Assembly: GCA_051530055.1 (NCBI GenBank)
Contig: CM121341.1
Location: forward strand, 15,292,784 to 15,356,783
Source: Neoechinorhynchus agilis
Lineage: Eukaryota; Animalia; Acanthocephala
Direction: 5' to 3'
DNA: 64,000 nt
Shown: positions 12,532 to 24,781 of the stretch, piece by piece
Layout of the letters: the number at the start of each line of letters is the position of its first letter
Position numbering within the stretch: position 1 is the first letter of the stretch
The notes under the pieces: generated by a model
Told to the model about the DNA's origin: nothing
What the model saw: only the letters and a program-made list of their open reading frames with translations
Database searches by the model: none
Position numbers and translations under genes: made by a program

Positions 12532-15500
12532 TTACTCTTCCATATCAACTAGTGGGACCGCATCGGCTGCATTGCCTAATCCAAACTCGCCCCGACTGGC
12601 AGCGATATCGCGTCTTCTTTTCTCCTTCTCCTGTGCGGCAGAGGCCAATTCTTGCTCCCGCTCTTCGAGGAACAGATCGCTGGTATCACTGCCGGTATGT
12701 CTTCTGATTTCAATCAGAAAGTCCCGAATGTGTCCTTTGAGTTTCTCCATGTCTTGATCGAAATTCACAAATCCTTCCACGATGAGTTTGATTTGGGCTT
12801 CCTGGAGTTGTGGAAAAGCGTGTTTAAGTCCTGTACCGATGTGGTTTTTGACCAGTTGTACATTTCCTTCACCAGTTCCTAAAGCACCGGATCCATCAAT
12901 TGCTTCTGCATTAATACTGAACGGAAGTTCCTCAAGAGTTCTGAACATTATCATGAGAAGAGTTGTATGTTGCGTAAGTCCAGTGGAAATCGAAGTTTCG
13001 TTAAGAATGGTGAATATTTGATCGACTGTAGGCAAAAAGTATGTTCGATAGAATCCGAGTGCATGTTCGCGGCTTTCATCGCTACCGCCCTTACTGGCAA
13101 GGTCTTCATAGTTAGAAAAAAGAGCAATAAGGCAATCGAACCCGAGATCAATTACGTTTCGGTCCGTATGCTTAAGTGCGTAGATGAACGAATCGTAAAC
13201 GAATTGGAATTGGGTTGACGTTAGTCTCAAGAGACTAGAGAATGAATTTCTTAGTACTGAGAGTAAAAATTCAAAGATACCAAGCCTAAACTCAGGATAA
13301 TCTTCATAATTTTGATTAATCATCTGGAGTGTTGTTTCAAACACACTTCCGAGATATTGGAAGACACGTTCTTGAGCTTCATTACCGAGAATCCGGACAT
13401 AACTAGAACAGCAGCCAAGTACTTCGACCTCTCGAAGATCGGAATGAATTGCGTTTGCATAGTCTGGGAGGATCAGTTCGAAAAGCGGATCAATAAAATC
13501 GCAATCTCGTATTCGATTCGCTGGTGTTATACGAACATTTCCGCGTTCAATGACGACGGTCTGCTCACAGGCGTTCATCCAATCGTGAAATAGGCCAAGG
13601 ATCTCGTGTCTTAAAGATCTCAGACACTTTATGGTACCGTATGAAGTAAGTGTGCAGTCTGGGTTTTGTTCCAATGCTGCTCGTGCTTCTTCCTCAATAA
13701 CCACGGCTGCTTTCTCAAATACAAATACAATCGTTTCAAATAGCGTCATTATCTGGATTTCGTAGTCAACACCGATCGCTCTACATGCACGTCGGTTCAA
13801 TTTTATGATATTTATAGCCTGAGCCACTCTTGCGTGACTTCGATAACCTTCGCTTTGATTCGAACGAGCATGCATCACATATTGTTCCCAAGCATTATTC
13901 GGCAAATATAGCGCTCCTTCGATCAACATCCTTCTTCTTGTATTCACATCTTCCCCACCTGAACCAATCACACGACCGAGAGCTTCATAGAACGTCTGAG
14001 TCTGCTGGGGAGACAAATCACCAATAATACTACTGATCTGATCGATCACATCTGCCACAAAAGGACGGTGTTCGCCGGGTTGCGTCGCCATAAAGTGATG
14101 AGAACACTCGGACGCGATTGTTAAAAAAGTGTCACATGCCATATCCTGAACACCTTCATGAGATTCGTGCATAAACTCAAACAGCTTATTGCATACTGTC
14201 TTCAGAAACTTCCAATGAGCACGAAGAAACCGAGGATGTTGACCAACCACGTACATAATATTGGCTGCGATAATAGCCTTATTGTCCTTCCCACGTTTTG
14301 CTTCACACAAGCTAAGCAGCTCCTTGATTACAAACACCAGGAACCGACGCTCCTCATCCTCCGTCAGAGAACCAGAGATTGAACCTATTGCCCAACATAG
14401 AGTGTTCAATCCTGACCATGTAAATTGATTCCCAGTAGCTTGGTATTTCAACTTCGCTGTCATTATCTGAACCGTCTCAGCAGCATCCAAATATGTCAAA
14501 TTCGATAGACAATCCTTCATGTTCTTGTAGAACAGGAAACTGACATATTAGACGAGTCAACAACCAAAACTGGCTTCTTTTTCGTGCAAAATTTTCAACT
14601 TTCTGTGATTTTGTCGAAGCAAACGTTCCCGAAGCGAGGAAAGCTCATTCTCAAAATTTTGGCACAAGAAAAAGGAGTAATATTCACATTTTTAAACAAA
14701 CAAAAAGTGTGGCGCGGCGTGGGCACCGATCGTGCCCAAAAGGAGTTTTGAACTAAACATTAAAAAAGAGAATTAGTTTCATGAACTGCTGATTATGGAA
14801 GAGGATAGTTCAAAACCTAGTTAACTGCGATGACAAGTTCACGATCAATTTCAATGGGGGCCAAAGAAAAATGCGGCGAAGCACATTTGGCTAAAAAAGG
14901 TAAAACCACGAGAATTGGGGGTTTGAAGAAAAGTACAATAAAAAACATTGACAGTAACCGCAAATCTCTATATTGTGCAACCCAGTTCGTCGTTCCCTGT
15001 TTTAGAGCGTAATAGCATCCGTATCTTTAAAGAACTCTCGGACGACTTCTCCATTTTCAGTTTCGACGATTATGACCTCTTCCGGTCTAGCCATTTTTTC
15101 TATCATTATATACCGGACCTGACTGAGTATTTCGGCAAACGGAATGACAATGGCGTCCGGCGCTCGTCGCATTCGAGCATTTTCCAAATTGGTTGCATCT
15201 CCCATTTCTGTACTATCGGGAGGATTGGCAACCTGAGCACCTCTGATTTCACTAACGTGTTGATCAGCCAAAATACCACCAAAGAAGATCCAGAATTCGA
15301 CACATACTTTAAATACCTCAGTCTCGTCGACTCTAGACAATCTCACAAGCATGGACAGTGCCTTCAGATGATTTGATTTGATCATACCACCGCTATTTGC
15401 ACTGGCACGGATTATGAGGAAGTGTTGATGGCGAAGTAAAGAAGACAGATACATGGTTAGAGTCATTATAAAATCCTTTTCGCTGTCATGACTTTGATTA

Positions 15501-16477
15501 TAGGCGTGAGCAAGATCCACGTCATCAGGGATCATTTCAGTGATCCGTTGAACAGAATCAACCATCATTTTGACCATTTTCTCTTTCATCGTTTCACTCA
15601 CATCACTGCCCGATGCCAAATCGATTGATGCGATTTCAGTCATGCATTTCACGGCGACATTTCTAAAAGGACTTTGAGCCATGTATCGGCTTACTAGAAG
15701 CTCAATCAATGTTGTCTCAAGTAGATATCCACGTGGAATCCAATTGAGAAATATTAAAAGAGTTTCGAGAGTCGTCAGAACGAGTTGATCTTTAAGACAC
15801 TTATCAAGCACTTCGTAACAAAGCTCAAAAATCTCTCCGAATTCGGTGCACATGCTTGCACGTAACGATAGAGCTTTTGTCCGTGTCAGAGATGTCGAAG
15901 AGAAATCGAAAACTTCTTGAGAAAGAAGTTTAAGAATTTGCATATTGTTTGCACAAATCGATTCTCCAGTTAAACTTGATTTTACGAGATCACTGACGAA
16001 GCTGGGCCACCGATGAGGCCATTCGTACTTCAGAATCTCCACAAGTATAGTGTTTAGTCGTTTCAATTCAGTTCGGTCTTCGTCGCTTTGAGTGTCATTC
16101 ATCGATCGATTGATTATTAGACTAATAACATACCGTTTGATTGCTTCACATTGAGCTTCAGGTAAACTCTTCCATCGCTTCTTTATGGCTTCTTCGAGAA
16201 TTTGAAGAGCAATGTAACGAGTCTGGTGATGGCACGATTGACTCAATATCGAATCCACTTTTAGCCAGGCATCTTCGCTGGATTTTAGTTCGGTCAAGAT
16301 TGAATTAGCCGCCCGTTGACTTGTGCCTTGACCGTTATAGCACACATCCACGACCCGCTCGAGGAGCTGAACGTCGATTTCGGACGAACTGTTCAGCAAC
16401 GACGAAGAAGCTTGAGATAGAAAATCCGAATCCAGCATTCGCATACCATTCTGACTACATGAAAATATGGTAGACAT
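12532..16477 (-). CDS. XPO1: Exportin-1 (CRM1), encoded in two long open segments separated by a 475-nt non-canonical interruption
   Basis: Segment 1 ends MARPEEVIIVETENGEVVREFFKDTDAITL. Segment 2 begins YKNMKDCL...LNTLCWAIGSISG...LCEAKRGKDNKAIIAANIMY...AHWKFLKTV, colinear with CRM1. Confidence 0.93.
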
Positions 16478-17043
16478 CTTCAATGAAACTGGAATTCTTC
16501 AATGACCGAAAAGACAAAAAATATCCGCGATACACGCAAGAACATCACCGATCTAAATGGACGTCACCAATGTTCTTCCGGATACAAAATCAAAAAGAAT
16601 CAATGCGACTCCCGTTGAAAATCTGGAACGAGATGTTGGATTGCTGCGTTTTGGTTTGATTAATGCTAGAGTGGTGCTTGAAGTTATTTCCTGAAATTCG
16701 AACTTGAAGAAATTTGGGTTAAAGTAAATTTGTAAAATTCTTGCCGATTACCATTAGAAAAAAAGAAGAGTAGACAGTGGGACTGGGCACTTTGATGGCA
16801 ACTTCGCAGCATATTTGTAGCTCGAGCTGTGTAGTTTTTAGCGAACAAAAAACTGTTTATTTCTGAGTCAAGATTCAAAATTACTTGATCATAAACGATA
16901 TTTAAAAATAACGTTAATCAGCTATAAAAGTTGCAACATCTCTCTATATCAAAAATTTGGCCTGAATGAGAATCGCGACTAACGAGGGATTTTTTGATGC
17001 GGAAGAATAGTGCAGTGACCGTTTAAAACGATATTGGAATTCT

Positions 17044-17150
17044 GGTGATCATAATCCTTTCCGGATAAAACGAAGTTTTTCTATAGAATTGATGTTGATG
17101 AAGAAACGCGAATTTATTGCTAAGCCATCCCAAACGATTTTCTCTCGATG
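17044..17150. repeat. Dispersed short repeat, copy of the element at 31501-31832
   Basis: GGTGATCATAATCCYTTCCGGATAAAAC...GAATTGATG recurs at 31501 and 31734. Confidence 0.65.
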
Positions 17151-17854
17151 ATAAAATCATGTCGTATTCCGTTAAATTTTTGACTGGCTTCAACACTGAT
17201 ACACAGAAAAGATGAACTTGGGTGGAACCGTAAGATATGGCGTCCTTATTTAGCGGAATTTGTGCTATAATCGTAGCATTCTTTGAAGATGTTTTCTTTT
17301 TACTTTGATCGGTAAACAAAACGAATAGATTGTAGGTGTTGTTGTTTACTTTTTTTAATGATCAGCGTTTAGGAGCTCAAGGAAAATAAACGATTACTGG
17401 ACGTAATCGATTTGATCACTGATTGAACAATGTACCCAAAAAACGACTGTACATGTATATAAAAAGTCAAACTAGACATTAGTGGACGTTTCGCTAAACA
17501 TTTTTTAACCCGTTTTAAATCGTCATTGCTTTCTCAATCGATATGCGATTCTTTTTTTTAGATCACTCCGAGAGGATTTATTAATCATTGGACACTTTTT
17601 GTATCTTTTGAAAATCCAACAAACGAACCTTACTAAAGTATTTCGTCTCTTGTAATTTTCTTTTAGTAAATTTATTTTCTGGTTCCGAATTTTTAGATCA
17701 GTGAGTTTCCTACTCCATTCAGCGGTACTTGGGGTAATGGATTTCGAATCCTTTGACTAGTCGTATTTTGTCACGTAAAAATACGAGCTATACTCCTTCC
17801 ATCGCATTAAATTGCTATTATTTCCTTACTGATCATCCACACTGAATTCGACGA

Positions 17855-19608
17855 TTACTTAATTTTATTTCCACATTCTCTATTAACATCTAAGCCACTT
17901 ATGTACGGTTCCATTAAATGCTCAAATTCCTTCAGTGAATAGTTGCCAATTGATTGAAATTCATTCACAAGACAACAATTATTTGCAAAACACGGCGTTG
18001 GACCATTCACGTAGAAGATATCGATCGTGTATAGTTGATCGGAATCTTCTTTTATTTCTTTCCACAATTCAAAAATCACAGCTGAGCCATATGAAGGTAT
18101 CTCTTTTTCGTAAATACTAGAAAAATTAAGCATAGATAATAAATAACCGAGTGTGAAATCATGAGCCGTGTACATAAATATAGAGTACCCATTTTCGTTT
18201 TTCCAATTATTGATAATATCTTTTATTAATGGACCTCCTCTAAGTCTTATCACAAGCTTGTCTCTTACTTCAGTTGCGAACATAAATCTCATTAACTCGC
18301 GTAGTTTTCCCTTAAATGTTTCGCTAAGCCAATCAAACTTTCCATTATGGTCCTCGTTGCTTAAGGTCAACACATAATCCGCGAATTTGTAAATATTTCT
18401 CTTCGTTATTGTCGCCTTCATTCTAGCACTAAGCACAGGACCAATCGCTGCTATGAACGACTCCATCTTCTCATCCACTTCTTTCCCGGAAAAAAGCTCG
18501 TTTAGTCTGGATATTATTGTGGGACACGTAAATCGACGGCTTAAAACGCTATCTTTGTCACCGATAGGCGTCGAGGTTCAATGTGCGAATTCATACATGC
18601 CAAAATTGGATCATTAACCTTTTTTTGAAAAAAAAAACAGAAAATGTGGGCGTTGACGGGTTAGCGCTATTTTAAGCTGGCATGGAAAAAAGGGGAGGAA
18701 AATGAAGCCGATTTTTTTTGAAGGACTAAATGCCGTCAGTGTGTATTTTGAAAAATCTGAGACTCGGTTTTTTTCCAGCATCAGCGATCAATTTATTGAA
18801 AAGTCAGTTAGGTTTTGAGCTCACAAGGCAAATGTTTCTTCTAACAAGAATAACACTGATTATTTATTGAAAAATCGAAAATATGTTTTTGTATATCTAT
18901 GTTTAAAAATTTCAAACTAGCAAGAATTTATGATAACCGATTTCCTGCCTAAGTAAGGTTCAATAATTTCAGGGGTGAACAATGCGAATACCTATGTTGA
19001 ACGTTGGTAAACCGCCCATTCCTTAGAATCACCGAAAAATTGATATTTCTAAAGGGTCAACGGTCAACGTAAATAAAAATTTAAATGCGATATAACGAAG
19101 GGTACTATTGCGGCCGCTGGTTGAAAATCACAAACTTATGTGAAAAATTTTAATTTCGAAAACTGACCATGGACTCAGACGCTGATCAGTAGCTTTCATG
19201 GAGTGCGACTGTGTATACGGGCACTGGTGACCATCCATATACGGCATTTTTTTCCCGGTCGTATTTTTCACTGAGTATTCCTTGGAGGCACGATTGAGCG
19301 GACATGAGAGTTCGATCAAGGGCTGAACTTCGTGCTCGTACTCGACTATAAGAAGTCACTTCTAAGTTAGCAGAGTTGTTTGTGTTAAAAAGGCACTTCA
19401 ACTTTGACGAGTATCTGGCTCTGATCTGCCTTCCAAGGCATATTTGCCGAAGAATTCCTCTATGAGTTATTGGACTATTTGCGTTACTTAGAAGTGGTCC
19501 GCGATCCCCATGTCGGCTTACTATTGTTACAGATACTAAGTGCGGTAATGAACGACTCAATACAATCAATTCGAGTAAAATGAACAACTGATGTAAGTAG
19601 AAGCCCAT
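17855..19608 (-). CDS. Histidine acid phosphatase (prostatic/lysosomal type); middle exons unresolved, possibly a pseudogene or assembly error
   Basis: Signal-peptide-like start, RHGDRGP motif, DRTLMSA, WSPVPVYTV, and later RLRGGPLI and YTAHDFT (catalytic HD). There is a frameshift near 19190. Confidence 0.75.
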
Positions 19609-19991
19609 TTACACCTTCGCGCTCAACGTTGCCTTTCTTAGGGTTTTACGCTTATGGTAAACGTAAACGATAAGCGAGAGCGCCGAGAGAGGAAAAGTTG
19701 TCGTCGATGTAACTGTTATTGTAAATACGTTTCTCTAGGTGCGCATCCTATCGCCGACGTACTTGATTATTCTAGTATGAATAAAACACTTACAAGCGAT
19801 TGAATTCATAAAATGGCTGATTCAATTAGTCGAAATATTCATTTGTTTTTAACGCGATCTCCCTCTCTCTCGGGTGTCGACAATCGACCTAAATAACAAT
19901 TTTTGAAATTGACACGATGTGTTTTACGAATTGTATATTAAAGTCGATAGTTACGAAAATATTCCTCTTTTTTTCGATATTTAATTTTTCC

Positions 19992-20166
19992 CAATGGCGA
20001 ATTGTAACACACTCGAGTTTTTCTCAAGCATTGTTTTCGGAGAAATATTCGAGGAAAAGCTTTCTGGAATTTTTCTTTTGAAACAATGCTTGAGAAGGAG
20101 GCTGAGGCCTTGAAAATTCGCAAGGTTGACTTCAATAAAACTCGAGTGTGTTACAATACGCCATTG
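19992..20166. repeat. Foldback (MITE-like) element with nested inverted repeats
   Basis: 30-bp arms at 19992-20021 and 20137-20166 with 1 mismatch; inner 16-bp arms TTCTCAAGCATTGTTT (20021-20036) and AAACAATGCTTGAGAA (20081-20096). Confidence 0.75.
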
Positions 20167-21539
20167 AGAATACACATCCACTCGAATGAACAATTGGATA
20201 GAATTTAATTTTTAAAGATTTAAAATAGGAACCAGAATGCCACTGACCCCGTTTTCGATATAGCCTGAAAATAACTTCAGGTTTTTGTCTTTCAAGCAAG
20301 CTCCTTCAACGTTAGTCTGAAAGGATATTTAGGTGAATCAGATTATTATAATGACATAGTCAAATCTCAATTCCAAAACTGCACTTATCGTTACCAAGTT
20401 TGTTTCAAAGTAAACATTATGATTTAATGTAATGTTGGTTTTTTAGCATGCGAAATGTATTGAGGTGAATTAGAGTACAGCAAAGACGTAGTTCAGTCGA
20501 AATTTATCGAGAATTTTCCTTATAATTGCGAAACCGCTTAAAAATCGATCTAAAAAGGATCACCATTTATGAACTAGCGATGAATCCGACGAGGTTCGAA
20601 ACGTCTTTAATTAAAAAAATTATTTACCGGGGTGAAGACCTGTAAACAATAATCCTAATCGTATAACCCAGTACCTCCTCACATATCGACATTTTCACCA
20701 TTTATATTATTAATCTAAAAAATCAAAATATAGTGATGTTTTTATTTTTTAGTTGATGATCGATGCATGGAAAATCTTCAAATAAAAGTGATGAATGTTG
20801 TTTTTGTTGACACGATGCTTCTGAAAAAGGTAACAACTAAATACAGTCAATTCACTGGTTACTAGAACCAAGTAGATCGCGTCCCGATATGGCTCGATTA
20901 ACAACGGAATCGAATGTGTAGGTTAGAAAGAAACTTATGTGTTTAAAAGTACAAACGCCGGATACTATTACCAAAAAGGTAATGAGTTTGTTTATGTTGT
21001 ATTTTTGGATTTTAAGACTGTTTTACCAGATATGAGCTCTTTTTTTGCATTTAGTACATACAACATCGGATGCCAAGACACCAAAGAAGAGGCGAAAGAC
21101 GAAATAGAGTGTGTGATTGTAATAGAATGGGACTCGGTTTAATGTCGCTGTGAGATTAAACAGTAATTTTCTGCTAGTGAACAACCCCGTTCAAAAAACC
21201 AAAACAATTTTTTACTTTTGAATTAAAAATTGAAGACAAAAAATTTCAAAGTTTCTGTAGTGGATCCTCTACGCTAAAAACACCAGAATTTCTTGTATAA
21301 CGTGATTTAGAAGAAAATGTCCTGGATATATAAAAATTAGCTAACGTCTTTCAAAGTCGAAATTTGAACATTTTCTGTACTTCCTTTAAATCTCAATAAT
21401 ATCTTTCTGAAAAAATAGCCTAGAAAAGAACAAAATAAACGCTTAATTTAACAAAAACCTTTCAACCCAACGATTCAGATCAGCGTGCATTCATGCAGTT
21501 CGCATAATGTCGATCATCTTTATCTCAAAGAAAAACAAG

Positions 21540-21880
21540 TGTTCGGAGGAGTGACAAGCCTTCAGCTCTACAAAAGCAAACAATCTTTCTGATCGTTAAA
21601 GCACACATATCTACTTCTCGCTATCGCTCAAGTAAGTCATATCCGATCCATTTGCAGCAATTGTAACAAGATATGCAGCATATTGGAACGTTTTTTTACG
21701 TTCATCACGAATCCCTGGACATTTGTCTGGTGACTTTTCCACTAGCATAAGATATATGCGCGTTTATTTAATACAGGGTAAGCAATTCTGAATGAATTCT
21801 TTTGCAAATATTCTATTTAGGTTCCGCTCAGGGCCTGATCGAATTCGTTCCGATTAGGAGGCCTGGTTCGACCTTTACAG
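21540..21880 (+). CDS. Possible small-exon gene missed by the ORF track (unknown product; ends not defined)
   Basis: Consensus donors AA|GTAAGT (about 21631) and GG|GTAAGC (about 21778) with TTGCAG and TTTAG acceptors join one open frame: QTIFLIVKAHISTSRYRSTIVTRYAAYWNVFLRSSRIPGHLSGDFSTSIRYMRVYLIQGSAQGLIEFVP. No homolog recognised. Confidence 0.3.
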
Positions 21881-24781
21881 TACAAAATACGTTTGCGGAT
21901 TGAACGATTCATTTGTAATGCCTAAGAGATAAGCCTCAGGATTATCTTTTAGGATTTTTGAATAGATCGGCGCAATCTGGTGCCCGACCTATCTGCCATC
22001 CTCTGTCGCAACATAGCGCTGTTCATATTGTGAGGGTGTGTATAACGAACGGCAGACTACATATCATTAGTGTCTCAAAACGAGCGGCATGAAGATGGTT
22101 TTTGATCCAAGATTGTAAAAGCTTACCGAATCCCCTCGCTCAATTAAGATAAAGGTTCCTCCTCAAAAGTAACTAACTGAGCATCTATAACAGCAAGGGT
22201 AAGTGTTAGGTGGTGAGGATTGAGTAATGTCGCGGCAGACGATGAACAGCCTTTTCCTTATAAAACGATTCAAAGTAGGCAAAGGGATTTTTTCCTTACG
22301 CGCATTTATGAGGCGATTCTGCACACCAGACTACTTGGTGATTCAGGGTCAATTGCTTTTTAGGGACTTGTTAATATGCTAAAATGATGGCAAACAGAGT
22401 CGTGCTTATCCAATTCGCTGCATGATAAGCAGAAGATTTCACCAAAACCTAAATCTCCTTTTTTACCGATGTGCTTTCCTAGTGATCAATTTTTATTCAA
22501 ATTTCACCAATTTCGTGCTTGATTTTGTTACTTTTTACTCCATTTTATTATGATAGAGACAATCGAAAAAGTCTGGCTGTCAGACATTGAATAGTGCGCG
22601 AATTCCGTTTTTGAAGTCTATGACTCTTTTTTCTGTTGAACGGTTACTCTTAAAATTTTATTGCGTGCATGTGTTTAAAATACCTTTTAAATGTTCATTT
22701 GCCTATTTTATGCTTTGCCCAAAAGCTGCAGATGAAATTTATCCAAGTAATTTAATCTCTTTTCTTAAAAGTTGCTTCCTTTGACAAATTTGGGTTTATG
22801 AATGCCTTCTTAATATGCAGAACTTAAATAGAATTTCCGTTTCATTGTTGAATTTGATTGTCAAAATTTAATTCCACCTTTTTTCATATTGGAGATTGAT
22901 TTTTATTGAGAACTTAAGAGGGCAGTATGCGTAAAATACACACTGCATAAATTTCGTTTATGCCTTCTAGGATCTAATGTAGACAAAATACTAAGTGATA
23001 AATTTACGATATCATCCTGTGAACTACGCATAAACATTGTCCTTTTAAGATTATGAAATTTCTTCCCAGAACAGAGAAAATCGAATCGCAGAGCGTAAAA
23101 GTTACACTTCGCAACAGTATTAGTTTCTTTTTGAGCATTAAAAAGCTCGTTTCCGTTTCGTAGATTCTTGGCATTTTATTTTCTATTTCATCTATGACAC
23201 GAATGCTTTATCCGCCTATAGTTTTGATTTCATTTCCACAACCGTCACATCCGTCATTGTCACCAATGATATCATTTTTATACCATTTAGTCCTCCCATT
23301 TTTTTGTCGCTGAAGCATTAGACTTAAAAAAGAATTGAATTACAAATTTCGTATTTCTGTAATGTCCTCATTATGCAAAGAGCAAATGGATATACTGTTC
23401 TTGGTTCCATCAAAGTAGCAACTTTTATACTATGTATTTAAAAAAGCTTAAAAGGTTCTTGATAAACAAAACAAGAGGTTCTCCATAATCTTAAAAAACC
23501 AGAGAATGGTTTTCTCCAGGGAAGACGTCATCTATGCGGTTACATTTATATTTCCACTGTAGGCTATGAGTGCCGCCGAAGCGATGTGCCTAAAAATATT
23601 GCTAAAAGCATAAACTATTCAATGGAAATCAAACCCTTGAATTAGTCTTATAAGGTTGTTTTTGAGATTCTATACCGCTTGTAGAGAATAAAGTCAAAAT
23701 TTACACAACAGAGAATTAGTCATTCAAAAAGGGAAAGAACAAATTGGCATTTTATTTTTCAGCAGGCGCATTATATTTAATCTTGGATGAGCGTTTTTTG
23801 ATGACAGAAGGAGACCAGAAATTTTTTAATAGTTCGTTTATTTTTAAAAGAAATTTAACGCAATTCATGAATAGATCATTAAAACAAGAAGGCTAAGGGC
23901 CTACTTTAAAGCTTTTGAAGATGCAAGTTGTAGAATGGGATTCTCGGGAAATCTTTTCTTGCGCCTATAGAAAAGTTCCACTCTAGTTACCTAGCGAAGA
24001 TTAAATAATCTTTTTTAAGATTAGCATCGCTGATGGTCATTGACAAAAAAGAGAGGAATGTTTCTCCTATTGATATGGAAGCGAAATTCTCCAAATAAAG
24101 CCCAGTAGGACCATGTGTCTACTACGTAAACGTACAATTTTATTCGTCCCCAATTCTTGCAATTATCTATTTTTCCGGACGCAAACTTCCTCTAGAAATG
24201 GACGGTTCCTGATTTCCACTTTTTGTGACCTATGTCCGTGATAGTATAAACCAGAGTTCTTCACCGTTACAAAGGGTATGGAGCACTCGGTCGTTTAGCA
24301 GGACAATTTCTACCATTTTCATCCAATAATAAAATCGAGGTAATTTTCGAGCATTCGCGGTGCTCCTTTTGCTCGAAGCACCTGTCATTATGGGCTATGC
24401 CTCAAATGTGTCAGTAAAGGAAGACACTCTTTGTCTAACTTAACGATCCTTTAAACTCTATGCAGAGGTAGTTTCCCTTTCGCGTGAACATTTTCATCGG
24501 CGTACTCGTCTCTAAATCAATCTTCTTTCCTAACTTTGTGAAATTTATAATAACGCCTTTATCTCATTATGTGCGCGCTCGAGCTTATCAAATTTTCCTC
24601 CGGCTGACAGATAGTTTCCTTAAGAACTCGTCTTCCTTACGGTGACCACCAGATCTTTATCATACTGACAGACATTTCACCACTTTGCCTGCCATTTTTG
24701 TCGCACTCTCCTCCCTCCAAATCTTAACTTTATCAACATTATTGCTTATTTAGCCGGTTTTTACTTTCAAACAAACCTACT

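Noticed and set aside
18530-18580. TCGACG/CGTCGA hairpin at an acid-phosphatase frame change
   Set aside because: A strong canonical GTATGA...AAAG intron restores a sensible alignment. This shows that short hairpins can arise by chance here.
20575-20606. GCGATGA...GGTTCGAAACGTC, a hammerhead-like remnant
   Set aside because: The CUGA core is broken and the stems are weak; at most a decayed PLE trace.
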